The notes below the pieces were generated by a model. It was not told the origin of the DNA. It worked only from the letters and a program-made list of their open reading frames with translations, and ran no database searches. From Octopus bimaculoides (lineage: Eukaryota): a stretch of DNA of 64,000 bases. A program made the position numbers and the translations under genes. The stretch is taken from assembly GCF_001194135.2 (NCBI RefSeq), contig NC_068998.1, forward strand, positions 11,536,034 through 11,600,033, read 5' to 3'. Shown piece by piece: positions 37,080-48,570 of the stretch (its first letter is position 1; every line of letters starts with the position of its first letter).

Positions 37080-40000
37080 TTATGATGTGTTTGTGTCATC
37101 ACCACTAGAAATATCACTTAATAAGTCATCTTTTTTTACACTTAACGATTCACATTTAGAATCCTGTGAAGAAAGAGAAAACATGGATTTAGAAAAGTCT
37201 TCATTGTTGATCTCTGAGTCATTTAATTTATCAGAAGAACTATTATTGGCAGTAAACAATTTTGACTTCACTTCGTCTACTTTGTTTAAAACCTTGTTCT
37301 GTTGTGATAGCAGAGAAGCTGGTTTATTTGAATTTTCATTCAATATCTGAAAAGCCTTAGATTTAGAACTGTGGCTGTGTAGGTCACCACAATACTCAGT
37401 GTCAAATAAATAGTCCTGAGAGGAACAATGCGCTAGATTTGAGGGCTCGGTGGAAACTTGCTCCTTGAGAATGTCTTCGGATAAGGACTGCTCGCACAGA
37501 TCTTTACTTTTACTGGCAGTGCCCAATATCTTCTTTTGGGGTTGCTTATTTGATGACGAATCATTACTGGAAGAGTTGTGTGTATTTTGAGATTGGTTCA
37601 CATTAACTGTGATATCTTTGGCACTTTCTTTGTTGCCGTGGTCTCTGCTGGTAGGTAACCCCTTAATGGTTAATTTGATGCTAGTATTGTTCAGTGACAG
37701 GTTAGACGAAAATTCATAAGAACCGGTTGCATTGCTATCAGTGTTGCTACAAGATTTCTCTACTGGTTGACTGGCTGGAGATTCTGTCGGTTCAGACCAT
37801 GAAAATTCTGCCTCTTCGTACCATAAAAATGGTGATGATGATCCACAAGATGACCAGTTAGAATCTTCGTTATCATCCTTGCTAGGTTCACAGACTTTAC
37901 CCTTGGTTTTCTTCACTTTAACCATTTGCGATTCAGATGTTGAACAAGTATTTACATTTTTACAATTATCTTTCTTGAAATATTGAGAAACAGGAAAACT
38001 TTCAGTTTTGCCTTTATTCTTGCCAAAAACGTTTGGATTTGACGAATGGTTGTCACTGCTTGAACTGTTTGTTTCTTTTGGTGCAGTTGAGGAGTTGGAA
38101 ACAGTTGCCAAAGAAGAAGAGGAGGAGGAGGAGGAGGAATGACAAGCAGCACTTGGACTAACAGGGAAAGTAGAATGTGAAAGAGGTTTCGATAAGTTTG
38201 ATGATGTATTATGAGATGTATGTGTTTGCTGAGATGATGAAGATGATGTCGCTGGTGACGACAATGAAGATGCAATGCTATAAAGAGACTGATAGAGTGA
38301 ATTAGAGTCATTCCTAACTGTGAGTGAGTCTTCAGATGTGGTAGGTAAAGGAAGTAGAGGCAATTTACAATCTTTGTCCTTAGATGAAACTGCATCACTT
38401 GCTTTCTGGATGTCCAAAATGTCAGATTCAAAAGATAGCACTGAGGTATTATTATCTAATAATGGTAAAAATATTTGATGTTTAGGAACATTATTGTTTG
38501 TATTTTCCTCTCTTTCGGCAGATAAAACTGAAGCATCAGACACAGCAGAACTTGTTTGGGACGGTTGCTGTCCACTAATAGCAGCATCAGACTCCATCTT
38601 ACAACTGCTTTCTTTCGACAGGCCCTCTGAAGTTGGAGAAATGTCCTCGTCAGCAGGGTGAACAGAGCTGGAATTATTTTTATCATTGTCAGAGAATGCA
38701 GACGATTCATTACTATTTGTGTTCACTGATGTTACTGTTGCAGTGGCTACGTCTCCTGGTGTTTGTTTCATGCATCTCTTGACACCAGGCTGTGCAGTGT
38801 CCATAGAGCAGCAGCTAACATTGCCTGTCGTATGACAATTTGAGCTATCTTTCTTTTCGTTTGTCACAGAGCAGGCTTCAGATGATGAGCTACACGACCA
38901 ACTCGGTATTGAACTGTTTGAAAGCAAGTTAAAGTCATCAAGGGATTCATTTGCTGTGCTGCTGGTTGCAGTGTGAGCGGTAGAAGCAGCTTTAGCACTT
39001 TTATCCATACAGAAATCTGAGAACATCAGTTTAAGATCTGGATCGTTGATTTCAGCAAGTGAACCACAAGTTGACACAGGTACACTGATAGCATGCGATA
39101 TGTCATCTAGGTCAATATTTTTAGAGCTGTCACCGAGAACTGTCGGTTCTTTCAAGCAATGCTTATCCGTGTTGTCTTCTGACTGAACGATTACATCAGC
39201 ACCAATTGCACCAGATAAATACGAAGAGTTATCTGCTGTGAGATCTTCTAATAAGTTACTTCCAGCTAGACCAGGGTCCAACACATGAGAACACGTTGCT
39301 ACTGTTGCGGTCGATGATGGTTTTACGTGATAGCTAGAGAATTTGCTTAGACAAGAACTCTCTTCATGGACATTGTCAATAATGCTGACATCATCCGTAT
39401 TTACGCTGGTCCCTTGGTAACGTTTCGAAGATTTATGTCCTGAGCAGTGTTTCTTGAATGTTGATGTTGGCTGTGGGGAAAGAGCAACAACATCTAAACT
39501 ATTTAAGTAATTACTATCAGAAACAGAATCACAATGGGATGATAATTTCGATGAGGTGTGCTTACTGCGGTGATGCCGTCTGTGTTTGTGTTTCTTGTGT
39601 TTTTTGTGACTTTTCCGCCGCCGTTTGCAAGCAATGATTTCTACACTTGAAGAACGCGATCGATTTCGAGAAACAACAGGGCTTGAAGGTCTGTAGCCGT
39701 CTCTCTTTCTGCATGACTCATTGTTGTAATTAGTATCATAGTTGTAAATGCCGCTGGAAAGGTCTGGCTGGGAAGAGCGGTGAGGATAACCAAGCCGATA
39801 GTAATTGTTGCATGTCAGTGGAAACATTATAGATTTCTGAGAGATGTGTAGCTGCAGAGACGAAGAAGAGGATGCAGTGGATTCGTCATGTCGGTACCGA
39901 CAACGAGATCGTTCTTCTCTAGAGTAACTAGAAGTTCGTTTGCTCTTGGAACGCCGAGAACGAGATCTAGATCGAGACCGTGATCTAGAAGAGTTGGATT

Positions 40001-41780
40001 GGCTATAGGAATAATGGCTGAGTCTGTGGCTGTGGCGGTGTCGTCGTTCACCACTATAAGACGAACTTGAGACATACCTGTGACGAGTTCTGCTCTGACC
40101 TCGCTCCTTACGAGATGACTTTCTTTTTTCAGAATGGCCCTCTTTTGCATTTTCCCCACTTGTTGATGGTTGCCTTACGACAGTCAATGAATTTTTGTCT
40201 TTTGTCTCCTCGGTTTCTTCTTCAACAGAATCATCGTCTAAATCGGATATTAATATTGGCGAACGTTCAGCCCAAGGTTTTTCATAGGCGGTAATGATCA
40301 CATCACTGTCGCCATCATCATTTTCCTCATCCCTGTTCAATTCAGTTCCACTAGAGTCAGAGCTGCTGTTGTCCTTCTTATCTTGGCGTTGATCAGTAGG
40401 CTCGGATTTCATGGAACTAGAGACTAGGCTTGTGTCGTGACTAGTTGATTCAACAGCGCTAGTTGATGGCTCTGTAACTGACGTGCTGAAGATACCAGAA
40501 GGGCCTGGTTGAGGAGACTCCCAACCTGAAATTGCTGTTTGACTTGTGGTTGCCTCTCTTTCATTCTGACTTGTTTCAGCAGATGGTTCCCAAGAGGAGG
40601 AAGTCATAACTATTTGCTGTGAAGGATGACCTAGGCTGATCGACAGAGATATACTGCTTTGATTGCCGGATGTAGTAGCAGTAGCAGTTGCTGTAGTCGT
40701 CTCTCGTGGTGAAAGTACAATAACATCATCATCACTGGATGAAGCTTCACTAGTATCTACCAGCTGAGTGAAGGGCATATATTGTGAATTAGCATCATAG
40801 GAGCGCATATCATGCAATGGTGACTTTGCAAAATTCTCAAATTCATGAATGAACTGCAATGTATTTCGACCAACAAATGGAAAAATATGTTGATAGAATT
40901 CCTCACTGCTGATTGGATAGCGCTTTACTAAATCAAGAATAAGTTCCATCACAAAGGTCACATGATTTTCTTGGTTACGAAGCAATGCATTTAGTTCACG
41001 GTTTAACCAAGGAGCTAGTCGATGAACAGCTGTGGGGTTTTTCCTCAAGAAATCGGGTTTAATGTTACGGCAACCATGTAAATGCCTGTTTTTCACTACG
41101 CGTAAATTATTTCTGTATATATTGCGTCGGAATTCGACGGAGGCTGTCTGTGTTTGCTGTTGTTGTGACCGACGTAGAGAACGACGCAAACCAGGTCTGG
41201 CGTTGTAGTCAAGCTGCTGTGGCGCCATCAGGATCTCGTCTCTCTGATGCTGGTTTTGCAGACCAAGCAATCGATCAATTGTTAAAGTTGTACGATAGCG
41301 AAACCGTTTCTCATTGGGTGGTTCATGTTTCTGGACATCGTACTGGTCATAGTCATCGTAGGAACGCACATTGTGAATAATGCTCTTGAAGGGTTGCTTA
41401 CAGAGTGGACATTCCGTTTTAATCTTTGACCACTCCAAAAGGCAAACGTAACAGAATGTATGGAAACAGCTGTCGGTGAAGGATTTATTCTCCAACTTAG
41501 ATAGACAAATCGAACAGTTTGGCTCAGGTGACTGTCGTTGGCTTCCATCACTTTCTTTATCAGCATTTTTTTCCTCTTCACCGATTTTGGGGTTACCAAT
41601 ATCTTTCTCGTTGGCTGAGTTAGTGCTTAGACCAGTCTCATTGTTGGTCAGTTCACTGGTCTGTGACAGAGAAGTGGCACTGGCTGCAGTACTACTTGAG
41701 CCCTTGCTACCTTCCTTTTTACCTTTCCTTCTGTCCTTCTTGTCAGTGTCTTTTCTCTTTTTCCTCTCCCCTTTCTCCAT
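37080..41780 (-). CDS. TOPORS: E3 ubiquitin/SUMO ligase Topors, single coding exon, 1566 aa
   Basis: C3HC4 RING CSICLSKLENKSFTDSCFHTFCYVCLLEWSKIKTECPLCKQPF; Topors-conserved block FLRKNPTAVHRLAPWLNRELNALL...FIHEFENFAKSP; SIM-containing block SDVIITAYEKPWAERSPILISD; RS-rich tract; K/H-rich cluster. Acceptor tttttctatattcag| at 41791, ATG at 41780 in ataATGG context. Confidence 0.95.
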   Translation of the reverse strand: MEKGERKKRKDTDKKDRRKGKKEGSKGSSSTAASATSLSQTSELTNNETGLSTNSANEKDIGNPKIGEEEKNADKESDGSQRQSPEPNCSICLSKLENKSFTDSCFHTFCYVCLLEWSKIKTECPLCKQPFKSIIHNVRSYDDYDQYDVQKHEPPNEKRFRYRTTLTIDRLLGLQNQHQRDEILMAPQQLDYNARPGLRRSLRRSQQQQTQTASVEFRRNIYRNNLRVVKNRHLHGCRNIKPDFLRKNPTAVHRLAPWLNRELNALLRNQENHVTFVMELILDLVKRYPISSEEFYQHIFPFVGRNTLQFIHEFENFAKSPLHDMRSYDANSQYMPFTQLVDTSEASSSDDDVIVLSPRETTTATATATTSGNQSSISLSISLGHPSQQIVMTSSSWEPSAETSQNEREATTSQTAISGWESPQPGPSGIFSTSVTEPSTSAVESTSHDTSLVSSSMKSEPTDQRQDKKDNSSSDSSGTELNRDEENDDGDSDVIITAYEKPWAERSPILISDLDDDSVEEETEETKDKNSLTVVRQPSTSGENAKEGHSEKRKSSRKERGQSRTRHRYVSSSSYSGERRHRHSHRLSHYSYSQSNSSRSRSRSRSRSRRSKSKRTSSYSREERSRCRYRHDESTASSSSSLQLHISQKSIMFPLTCNNYYRLGYPHRSSQPDLSSGIYNYDTNYNNESCRKRDGYRPSSPVVSRNRSRSSSVEIIACKRRRKSHKKHKKHKHRRHHRSKHTSSKLSSHCDSVSDSNYLNSLDVVALSPQPTSTFKKHCSGHKSSKRYQGTSVNTDDVSIIDNVHEESSCLSKFSSYHVKPSSTATVATCSHVLDPGLAGSNLLEDLTADNSSYLSGAIGADVIVQSEDNTDKHCLKEPTVLGDSSKNIDLDDISHAISVPVSTCGSLAEINDPDLKLMFSDFCMDKSAKAASTAHTATSSTANESLDDFNLLSNSSIPSWSCSSSSEACSVTNEKKDSSNCHTTGNVSCCSMDTAQPGVKRCMKQTPGDVATATVTSVNTNSNESSAFSDNDKNNSSSVHPADEDISPTSEGLSKESSCKMESDAAISGQQPSQTSSAVSDASVLSAEREENTNNNVPKHQIFLPLLDNNTSVLSFESDILDIQKASDAVSSKDKDCKLPLLPLPTTSEDSLTVRNDSNSLYQSLYSIASSLSSPATSSSSSQQTHTSHNTSSNLSKPLSHSTFPVSPSAACHSSSSSSSSSLATVSNSSTAPKETNSSSSDNHSSNPNVFGKNKGKTESFPVSQYFKKDNCKNVNTCSTSESQMVKVKKTKGKVCEPSKDDNEDSNWSSCGSSSPFLWYEEAEFSWSEPTESPASQPVEKSCSNTDSNATGSYEFSSNLSLNNTSIKLTIKGLPTSRDHGNKESAKDITVNVNQSQNTHNSSSNDSSSNKQPQKKILGTASKSKDLCEQSLSEDILKEQVSTEPSNLAHCSSQDYLFDTEYCGDLHSHSSKSKAFQILNENSNKPASLLSQQNKVLNKVDEVKSKLFTANNSSSDKLNDSEINNEDFSKSMFSLSSQDSKCESLSVKKDDLLSDISSGDDTNTS

Positions 41781-42080
41781 TATCACAATTCTGAATATAG
41801 AAAAAAAAAAAAAAAATAGAAAAAAAGACAATCATAATAATAATCTCATTATTTATCACAATAGTAATGGAGACAACATTACAATACAACTCAGAATACA
41901 TCACGATAGATAAAAAAGAAGTATAACATGTGGTTTGTTAAATGTATTTGTAGGTATACACATACATGTGAATGTGTGTGTGTGTGTGTGTATATACAAT
42001 GGTGGCCATAAGTATTTTCTAAGACTGGACTCCTCCACAGGAATTCTGAAAGGGTGGCCTTGTCTAGGCACAAAAATGCT

Positions 42081-42313
42081 TTAACCCTTTAGCATTTAAA
42101 CTGACCATATCTGGCCAATATATTCTACTTGCTTTATGTTTAAATTAGCCAGATCTGGTCTCTCACACCAACTTTACTATATCTTTCTAAAAAATTAACA
42201 GTTAGCTCATCAAAATCTCAATGTTACAAAATAATGCATGATTAATTCAAATCAATGTGAATAAATAAACGTTATTATATTTGACAGAGTAATTGTGAAT
42301 GCTGAAGGGTTAA
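42081..42313 (+). mobile_element. TTAA-flanked ~230-bp MITE (piggyBac-like termini), family A
   Basis: TTAACCCTTTAGCAT ... ATGCTGAAGGGTTAA. Other copies at about 10700-10790, 12825-12900, 22047-22263, 26955-27177, 29228-29370 and 34490-34935. Confidence 0.8.
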
Positions 42314-42603
42314 AATATGCCTACACTACTCCCTGCATCTTGGAGATCAATTTTGAACTTTTTATTATTCATGTCATATTTTTTTTACACACAAACAGAC
42401 ATACAAAGTCATTCATTTTCAATATTCTGCGAAAACATGTCTGGCCATGGAGAAATATTACCTCATTTGGAAACAGGTATGGTTTGGCAACAAGGATGGG
42501 CATCTGGCTAGAGAAAACCTGCATCGATAGACTCAGTCTGATCCATGCAAGAATGGAAAAGTGGATGGAATGATGATGATGATGATGATACATGTCTTAG
42601 CAT

Positions 42604-42925
42604 ACTCTTACTCTTTACTCTCTTTTACTTGTTTCAGTCATTTGACTGTAGTACTTATTCTATCGGTCTCTTTTGCTGAACCACTAAGTTACGGGGACGT
42701 AAACACACCAGCATCGGTTGTCAAGCGATGTTGGGGGGACAAACACACACATATATATATATATACGACGGGCTTCTTTCAGTTTCCGTCTACCAAATCC
42801 ACTCACAAGGCTTTGGTCGGCCCGAGGCTATAGTAGAAGACACTTGCCCAAGGTGCCACGCAGTGGGAATGAACCCAGAACCATGTGGTTGGTAAGCAAG
42901 CTACTTACCACACAGCCACTCCTGC
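42604..42925 (-). mobile_element. tRNA-derived CORE-like SINE, tail type 1
   Basis: High similarity to 8021-8563, with an internal deletion; intact CCTTGGGCAAG motif. Confidence 0.85.
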
Positions 42926-43316
42926 ATAGTTTTTTTCTTTATATTTCTTTAAAATAGATTTTTTCTTTTAATATTAAGCTCTTTAAACAGTTTTTAACAG
43001 GTTCTGAAAATAGTTTTAAGGTACTGCTACCATCATGTGAGCATGCATGTGTGCATATGCATGCATTTGTGTATATGTATGTGCATGTAAGTATAGATTC
43101 TGCTGTGTGGTTGGTGTTAGGAAGGGCATCCAGCCATAAAAACCGTGCCAAAACAGACACGGAAGTCTGGTGCAGTCCTCTGGCTTGCCAGCTCCTGTCA
43201 AACTGTCCATCCCAAGCCAGCATGGAAGGCAGATGTTAAACGATGGAGATGATGATAATATATATGGCACAGAACCTCCCCAAACTAGATACCAATATCT
43301 AAGCATTATCTAAACC

Positions 43317-43585
43317 AGGGGTTTTCAAACTGTGGTCTGCAAGGACAAGACAGGGGGTCCGTGGACAGCAAATACTTTTTATGGGCAATTTGATTTCATA
43401 TATATTTTTTAATCGAAATCTTTTAACTGACAATAAACCTATTTGTTAAATACTGTTAAATAAATAAATGTAAAAATATATTATTTTAAGCAAATATTTA
43501 TGTATAAATTTCATAAGCGTTTATAAGGGGGTCCCTAAGGTAAAGCCTGAAATATAAAGGGGTCCGCAAGTCAAAAAGTTTGAAA
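43317..43585. mobile_element. hAT (Charlie-like) MITE, right end runs into an N gap
   Basis: CAGGGGTTTTCAAACT left terminus and AAAGTTTGAAA right terminus; ATCTAAAC left flank resembles the Charlie target preference. Confidence 0.75.
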
Positions 43586-45879
43586 NNNNNNNNNNNNNNN
43601 NNNNNNNNNNNNNNNNNNNNNNNNNNNNNNNNNNNNNNNNNNNNNNNNNNNNNNNNNNNNNNNNNNNNNNNNNNNNNNNNNNNNNNNNNNNNNNNNNNNN
43701 NNNNNNNNNNNNNNNNNNNNNNNNNNNNNNNNNNNNNNNNNNNNNNNNNNNNNNNNNNNNNNNNNNNNNNNNNNNNNNNNNNNNNNNNNNNNNNNNNNNN
43801 NATATATATAGCTTGATATAGTTTAAGCAATTGCCTTCAAGTGTTATACTGATGCCAGATAACTACAAAGGTGATAAGCAGTGGTTAGGTCAACATTGTT
43901 GAATACTTTTGGCTGACCCAAATAATAATTGTATGTAGTAGCATAAACACAAGCCAGAAATTTATGGGAGTGACAAGCAATTAATTATATTGACCCAAGT
44001 TATTTAATTGGTACTTTGACTCTAGAAAAGTGAATCTGACTTCAGTGGGATTTGAACTCAGAATGCAATCAGGATGAATATGACAAGTAAGTTTGAGACT
44101 AACAATTCTGCCAATCCACTCTCTCGATCCAAATGGTAATGGTCTCTAGTTTAGGTTCAAGGTGAGCAATTTTTTTCTTGGAGGGGGAGGGGTCAGTTGA
44201 TAGCATTGATCCTAGGACATGACGAGTACTTTATTTCATTGACCTTGGAAAGATTAAAGATTAAGTTGATATCGATGGATTTGAACTCAGAACATAATAT
44301 CACAGGGTAGTAACATTCCTGCTAATCCACCACCTGGACCTAAATAAGGATTTCAGATTTTGGTACAAGGTAAGCGACTTTGAGGGGAGGGAGAAGTCAA
44401 TTACATCGAACCACAAGTGCTCCACTAGTATTTATTTTATTGAACCTGAAAGGACGAAAGGCAAAAGCAACCTTGGTGGTATTTGAACTCAGAAGGTAAA
44501 GAACCAAAAGAAATACCACTAAGCATTTTGTCCAATATGTTAATTATCATTTAACGTCTGTTTTCCATGCTGGCATGGGTTGGACGGTTTGACTGAAAAC
44601 TGGTAAGCTGCACCAGGTTCCAATCTGATTTGGCATGGTTTCTACAGCTGGATGCCCTTCCTAATGCCAACCACTCCAATAGTGTAGTGGGTACTTTTTA
44701 TGTACCACCAGCACGGGTGCCAGTTACGTAACACTAGCATCAGCCACAGCTATGATCTCACTTGACAGGTCTTCTCAAGCACGGTGTATCACCTAAGGTC
44801 TCAGTCACTTGTCACTGCCTCTGTGAGGTCCAACATTCGAAGGGTGCATTTCATATGCCACCAGCACGGGTGCCTTCTGCCAACTCGCCATCTTATCTAA
44901 CTCAAATAAAAACAACACATAATTCAATCAGCACAGTCACACATTTACGCAGAGTGGTATAATTGATTAACTTGACCTCAACATGGGAAGGTTGAAAGGC
45001 TATGCATTTCTATTCTAACGAGATCGACAACTATGAAAGAACAATCATAAAGGTATGCTCTCTTAAAAGGCCAATACTTCATTCACGTAAGAAAATAAAA
45101 CTAACTCTGCCCTAATGAATAGATCCAGTCTATACAGGGGCAGAAGAAGCAACAAAATTTGCCATACAGGAATAGACCATCACTAAATTGGCATTTCTTT
45201 AATTCCTAAAATATAGGAGACTAATGGCACTTATACAATTGTCCAACCCTAGCAAGCATAGAAAAAAGCAGAGATGATGATGATAACTGATTTTCTAAAG
45301 AAAAAGGAAAAAAATATTACCAACAGTATATTAGCATATTCAATGCAAGCTTCCATTAAATATATTTGGAAACAAAACAACATAGAAAAACTGCTCTGTA
45401 CATATGCCTGGCCAATTTCACTGTCTTTAAGAAGTTCTGTTGTATTCATATGAATTGTTGCTTGCCTTAGAAAGTGACAAACTAAATATTCTATTGACCT
45501 TTAGCATACAGACAGGCAACCAGTTAGTACACAATAAACAGGACATCATTTTTAATGGGAATAACAATAGCATTTTAATAGCTAATACCTTAAGCAGAAA
45601 GGCTAACACACAACAATGACTTCACTATTGAATTATACGTATTATTGCATTTCAGAAACATGTTCACTGACTCATTTGTAACTGACAACAGGAACAGTAC
45701 ATAGTTATTACTGTTGAGACGTAGGTAGGTTATACATATGAACAGATGTGGTTGTGTGGTAAGAAGATTGCTTCCCAACCACATGGTTCCGAGTTCAGTC
45801 CCACTGCATATGGCACCTTAGGCAAGTGTCTTCTACTATAGCCCTGGGTCAACCAAAACCTCGTAATTAGATTTGGTAA

Positions 45880-46190
45880 CTGGCACTTCATCAGTTATGA
45901 CGATGAGTATTCCAGTTGGTCTGATCAACAGAACAGCCTACTTATGAAATTAACATGCAGGTGGTTGAGCACTCCTCAGACACATGTACCCGCAACATAG
46001 TTCACAGGGAGATTCGGTGCAATACAGAATGTGACGAGGCTGGCCCCTTTTGAAATACATGTACAGCTCATTTTTGCCAACAGAATTGACTGGAGCAACG
46101 TGAAATAAAGTGTCTTGCTCAAGGATACAACGCACCACCAGGAATCAAACTCACAACCTCACAATCATGAGCTGAATACTTAACCACTAA
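45880..46190 (-). mobile_element. CORE-like SINE, family 4
   Basis: Minus strand TTGAGCAAGACACTTTATTTCACGTTGCTCCAGTC resembles the CORE domain; related to 12670-12790(+) and 28425-28590(+). Confidence 0.65.
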
Positions 46191-46582
46191 GCCACATCAC
46201 CATCATCATCGCTTAATGTCCATTTTCCATGCTGGCATGGGTTGGATGGTTTGACTGAAAACTGGTTAAGCTGGGGAGCTGCGCCAGGTTCCAGTCTCAT
46301 TTGGCATGGTTTCTATGACTGGATGCTAATGATTCTGCCAGCTCAACACCTTAATAATAATAATAATTCTTTCTACAATAGGCACAAGGCCTGAAATTTT
46401 GGGGGAAGGGGCAAGTTGATTACATTAGCCCCCAGTATCCAACTGGTGCTTAATTTATTGACCCTGAAAGGATGAAAGGCAAAGTCAACCTCAGAGGAAT
46501 CTGAACTCAGAACATAGCAACAGACAAAATACCGCTAAGCATTTCACCCAGCGTGCTAACCATTCTTCCAGCTCGCCGCTTT

Positions 46583-46616
<34 letters not shown>

Positions 46617-46779
46617 GTATTGGTTTCACATTCTGACACAAGACCAGCCAGCAATTTCAGAGAAAGGGTTCAGTTGATTACCAAGTCCAGTGTTCAACTG
46701 GTACTTAGTAAAAATAATAATTTTCAGAAGTGTAGCTACACTAGAAAACATGTATGAGTTACATGATCAAGATGACTGA

Positions 46780-47205
46780 GAAGTGATATGATCATCAGCC
46801 AAACTTGGTCATTGACAAGAATGTTACCATTCTCTGGACATGCCCATCCTCATCGACAGAGATAGAAATCAACAAGTTTGACATTATTTAAGACAGGAAG
46901 GATAAGACATGTTTCCTTATTGATGTAGTAGCATCATCTTTTAGATGATATTGCTTTATGACATCCTCACAAGAGACTCATAGTGAAGCTGACCAAGTAC
47001 AAAACCCAAAAGATTGAAGTCAACAGGAAGTGAAATATGAAGACTGAAATAACACCAGTGGCTATTACAGCTCTAGGGTTCACAAAGAAGAGAATGGAAA
47101 AGTTCAACAGTATCTCAGATAACATCAACAGCTACACAGTCCAGAACACTGAATTACTGGAATCAGCTCACATACTACGGAAAACACTACCAATCAAGAA
47201 ACATC
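46780..47205 (+). mobile_element. R4/Dong-like non-LTR retrotransposon, restriction-like endonuclease C-terminal fragment
   Basis: Frameshifted reading HQPNLVIDKNVTILW..DKTCFLIDV..KLTKY..IEVNRK*NMKTEITPVAITALG..ELLESAHILRKTL matches the RLE tail of R2-superfamily (R4/Dong/NeSL-type) elements. Confidence 0.75.
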
Positions 47206-48159
47206 TTCCCTATAGCAACTTAGGCCCATATTGTGGGCCAGGCTCCACAGAATAATAGCAAAAAGGAAGGGCAAAGGATGTAATACTAATGATAAGTTGT
47301 TTCTTAATTTAGGCACAATGTAAAAAAATGTGGAGAATGAAAACAAATTATTCTAGTTGTAATTGAGTCAACTCGAAAAATTTTTTCAGAGTTTCCTGAA
47401 CAAATGATGAAATCAAATTCACAGTAGAAATGAAGTGAATTCTGGTGTTTACCCAGGTTCAGTTCCAACCCAGCAGAAGTTTTAAGGCTGCTCCTCCTGG
47501 TGAAGAAAATTGGCCTGCAAGAGTTCTGTGGTGGTGTCATGTATAAAAATGCTCAAGCAGTGCCACATAAAAGTACCCAACCACACTCTGTAAAGTGGTT
47601 GGTGTTAGGGAGGGCATCCAGCCATAGAAACCATGTCAAATCAGACTGGAGTCTGGTGCAGCTCCCCAGCTTGCCAGTCCTGATCAAACTGCCCGACCCA
47701 TGCCAGCATGGAAAATGAATGTTAAATAATGATTATGATGATGGCTACGTTTTTACGAAGGTATACTTCTCAAGCACATGGTTTCAGTTTCACTCCCAGT
47801 ACATGGCACCTTGGGCAAGTATTTTCTATTATAGCTTCAGACCAACCAAAGCCTTGTAAGTGGATATGATAGATGTACTCTGAAAGAAGGTTAACTTGTG
47901 TGTGTGTGTGTGAAAGTTTGTGCTTCCTTCTCTTGACATAGCATGATAGTTGTAAATGAGTGTCATTCGTTTCTAATACTCTGCAAAAATATACCTGACC
48001 ATGATGAACTATTTACCTTGCTTGGAAACAGGTGTGAGTTCGTGACAAGAAAGACATCAGGCCATAGAAAATCTACCTCAATAAAGTCCATCCAACCCAT
48101 GCAAGCATGGATAAGATGATATTCAAATGATGATGATGATAATGACTCTTTCTTCTTTA

Positions 48160-48570
48160 CATCAATGACCTACAGTCACCTCCAACACACATCTATTTCT
48201 TTTATGTAAAAATCACAAAACTTACATTATGCATTTCTGCTGGGCTTTTTTTAAAAATACCTTTATCACATGCAGGTGATACTACTCTTCATTCCTTTCA
48301 AATGTACCACACTCAAGTATCATCCAAATGCAACCGAGTCACATCTTATTAAATGTGCATTGATTCCATGAACAGAGACCTCTAAAACATCCCACAATGG
48401 AGTCGTGCCAATCTTGTCTCTTTCAACAGCACAAAGACAATCAAGAAAAACATCTCCTTCCATCAAACATCAAGCAACTAGATCCCTCAAGATTACTACA
48501 AATTGCTTAGCCTCATCATCACAAAAGAACTCCTTTAGCAAAAGCACATTCGTGTGAATAAATGTCCAAC
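48160..48570 (+). mobile_element. Highly decayed CR1/Jockey-group LINE RT fragment
   Basis: YINDL, SQWSRANLVSFNSTKT and GLIITKEL-like pieces with many frameshifts. Confidence 0.55.

Noticed and set aside
41781-41831. First 17 codons (MSFFLFFFFFSIFRIVI) of the 1583-aa ORF as the TOPORS N-terminus
   Set aside because: Mostly the polypyrimidine tract and AG of the intron acceptor at 41791; the Met at 41780 has good context.
37087-41913. Several antisense or alternate-frame ORFs overlapping TOPORS
   Set aside because: Expected shadows of a long Ser-rich coding exon; no recognisable motifs.
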